Origin: Eremomyces bilateralis CBS 781.70
Taxonomy: Eukaryota
Reading direction: 5' to 3' (one strand)
Assembly (NCBI GenBank): GCA_010015585.1
Contig: ML975160.1
DNA: 64,000 nt
The notes beneath the pieces are model-generated. The model saw only the letters and a program-made list of their open reading frames with translations, ran no database searches and had not been told where the DNA came from. Below are positions 62,010 to 64,000 of the stretch, piece after piece. The position numbers and the translations under genes are program-made. Each line of letters starts with the position of its first letter. Positions within the stretch are counted from its first letter, which is position 1.

Positions 62010-63416
62010 ATGTCTTTCTCGTCCCGCTTCGACACATGGCTTTCATGTACCTTGTTTCTCGTTTTCCTAGCTCTGATATCATTCACAGCAGCAGACGTTA
62101 CAATAATCCCCGGAAATCCAGATCCGAGGCCTTACAATGAGGAATTCGACAGGCGAATTAGTTCCATTGATGAGCTATTTCAAACTAGCGCCTTCAATGA
62201 GGCACACTATACTCTCAACGACACCCATATTATCACCTCTTCTGCAGACACTCCAAACGGAACAATCTCCAAAGACACATATGCGTCATCCGACTCCTTC
62301 GTCCGGAGTACCATCCAAGCATGGGGTCAGCACCATCATCTAGTCATTCGTCCAGACGAAGTATGGTTTACCATATTGGCACAAATGAACTTCTACATGA
62401 ATGACCACGCGGAGGATGTACGTGACGTGTTTGTCACATTTGAAGGAAAGCAAGAAATCAGAGTCTTTGACCGGACATGGCATCAAGTGATTGACCAATT
62501 CGCTGAGGAGATACAAAAACGTGTCAAAACTCCCTGGTTACTCGACTGGATGATGCCGGAATTCAGTACCAGTACGGACAATGACGCGACGACGGCAACC
62601 GTGCTCATGATGGGCCTCTTCCAAGCTTACTTCGACTACTTAGGGGGTATCATTTGCGGATTGCCCTCAGTCACCCTCCTAGGTACCAAGGCCGACTGGG
62701 AGCGACTACTCGCTAAACTCGACCATCTGCCAGATTTTGGTGCCGAGCCGACAATGTACCAGGGCCGTTTGAAACCAATCCTCAGTCGGTTTGTGGAATC
62801 TTTTGATAAACCGAGCGACCCCAAAATCCGCGAGTTTTGGAATTCCATTATCAATGCCGAGCCCCAGCACTTGTGCGGAGGTCCGCCCTACCGTATCTCC
62901 GGCTGGCTGACCGGGTTCATATCCTGGGATAAGGACGGGAAATACATGGCGACCGGGACTACGAATGAACTGCTTGACGGGATCTCATATCCGTCTTATG
63001 AAATCGACAAACTTCCAATCGGGTATGCGGGGACACCGATCACGCTGTTGGACTATCCTCGCCCAAGGGCCCCAAAGTTCCCTGCGTACATAATCGCTGG
63101 CAATCTAGGGAAGGAAATCAAACAAACTGTACCAGCTGGCTATCTCGATGCCCTAGCCAGCGTCAATTCAAGCCTGGCAGATATCGAGCGTGCAGGTCTT
63201 GAATCAACCCCCAAGAAGCATTGGACGGTCCAGCCTCTCAATGCCTGGCTGATGTATGGTCCAGTACCGACGAATGAGACCAATCGCCGGGACAGTGGTG
63301 ATACCGAACTGAACAACTTGGTTAGCATGATCAGGACAGGGACCTGCGATGCGTCTCAGGACCCAGGAAAACCGTTTAATATCCTAAATCCGCCACGAAA
63401 AAGGAGGGCCAATTAG
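62010..63416 (+). CDS. DUF4419 family protein with predicted signal peptide, intronless
   Basis: Motifs HHHLVIRPDEVWFTIL, FEGKQEI, PEFSTST, CGLPSVTLLGTKADW and ISGWLTGF. Hydrophobic N-terminus from the ATG at 62010. Confidence 0.8.
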   Translation: MSFSSRFDTWLSCTLFLVFLALISFTAADVTIIPGNPDPRPYNEEFDRRISSIDELFQTSAFNEAHYTLNDTHIITSSADTPNGTISKDTYASSDSFVRSTIQAWGQHHHLVIRPDEVWFTILAQMNFYMNDHAEDVRDVFVTFEGKQEIRVFDRTWHQVIDQFAEEIQKRVKTPWLLDWMMPEFSTSTDNDATTATVLMMGLFQAYFDYLGGIICGLPSVTLLGTKADWERLLAKLDHLPDFGAEPTMYQGRLKPILSRFVESFDKPSDPKIREFWNSIINAEPQHLCGGPPYRISGWLTGFISWDKDGKYMATGTTNELLDGISYPSYEIDKLPIGYAGTPITLLDYPRPRAPKFPAYIIAGNLGKEIKQTVPAGYLDALASVNSSLADIERAGLESTPKKHWTVQPLNAWLMYGPVPTNETNRRDSGDTELNNLVSMIRTGTCDASQDPGKPFNILNPPRKRRAN

Positions 63417-63689
63417 CGCCCGAGGATGGAAGCCGGCTTTTTCCACGGCAAACTAAGGGACTTCCAGTTGGAGGGGGCAGTCTTGGCTCCTCAGATACGG
63501 TTGCTCTAGGTTCATTGGACAGTACTCTACAGTTTGGCTCTGCAAATGGAGCTGCTGGAGCGGCTATTCGGGACGGATCGAATGTTGACGATGCTGCGGC
63601 ATGCCAGTGGCGATTCAAGGCTACGCAAACATTCAACTGTAACATAGGACCGAGAGCAGAGCCAACTACATGAATTTGTTTAAGTTGCA

Positions 63690-63908
63690 GTAGTTAGTTA
63701 ACTTAACTAAGTTAGTTAACTAGTTAGTTATAAGTTAGTTAAGTTAGTTACAATTAATAGAATGCTAAAAAATCGTGATAATTAAATATATATTTTTCCC
63801 TTGGGAGATATTCAGTGAAGTGTTACTGACTGCTACTGAACCTGTATCCACAAACTTGAGGTTCAATGCTCAGCTTTCTGCGGCATCTGCTCCAAGATCG
63901 ATACGTTA
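63690..63908 (+). repeat. Element right end of unit C
   Basis: (TAGT/AGTT)n tract, TTAATAGAATG, GATATT-AGTG, CTACTGAACCTGTAT and the terminal 60 nt are shared with 56925-57142. Confidence 0.9.
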
Positions 63909-64000
63909 GATGTAGCAGGTGTCCACCCAGAAGTGTTCCAATCCATCACGAGCAGCCTGCTCTCCGCAAAATTCGATCTTATTGTAGCCAGCCTTGTTCT
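63909..64000 (-). pseudogene. HET-NB-ARC-TPR NLR, 5' portion (continues beyond the window)
   Basis: Minus-strand translation NKAGYNKIEFCGEQAARDGLEHFWVDTCYI is the HET segment expected immediately before CIDK. Too short to appear in the ORF track. Confidence 0.9.

Larger units (their letters stand above)
23338..63908. mobile_element. 40.6-kb composite insertion (three tandem units) in the HET domain, Starship-like
   Basis: Flanked by GATGCAG (23331-23337) and GATGTAG (63909-63915). Removing it restores HFWVDTCCIDKTNL in frame. Contains a DUF3435-like recombinase gene. Confidence 0.85.
57150..63908 (+). mobile_element. Unit C of the tandem array (6.8 kb), non-autonomous
   Basis: Starts with left-end copy 3 after GATGCAG at 57143-57149. 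Shares its right end with unit B. Followed by GATGTAG and the resumed HET sequence. Confidence 0.8.

Overview
Filamentous ascomycete genomic DNA (short GT-AG introns with CTAAC-type branch sites, RIP-like C-to-T damage). The first ~20 kb is ordinary chromosome: Hsp104 (5' partial), a peroxisomal SCP-x-type thiolase, a three-gene cluster (CBM18-CE4 deacetylase, UDP-HexNAc dehydrogenase, divergent chitin-synthase-like GT2), an intron-containing tRNA-Asp and a secreted protein. The main result lies in the remainder. A minus-strand HET-NB-ARC-TPR NLR gene is cut inside its conserved WVDTCCID motif, with the 3' part at about 20900-23337 and the 5' part resuming at 63909-64000. The 40.6 kb between the halves is three head-to-tail units of about 13.1, 20.7 and 6.8 kb. 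Each starts with the same 320-420 bp left end, and each is bounded by the 7-bp core GATGCAG (23331, 36453, 57143; GATGTAG at 63909). Deleting the block restores the HET frame exactly. The array carries a decayed DUF3435 (Starship captain-like) tyrosine recombinase, an apparently intact hydrolase-NACHT-ankyrin NLR, two paralogous HNH nucleases, a GHKL-ATPase/NOV-type gene inside ~200-bp inverted repeats, DUF6589-like and DUF4419 genes, NLR fragments, and nested piggyBac, LINE and MULE remnants. My inference is a site-specific integrative element family that targets HET-domain genes and accretes in tandem. Family names come from motif recognition, not database searches, and a 10-N assembly gap lies at 51846-51855.
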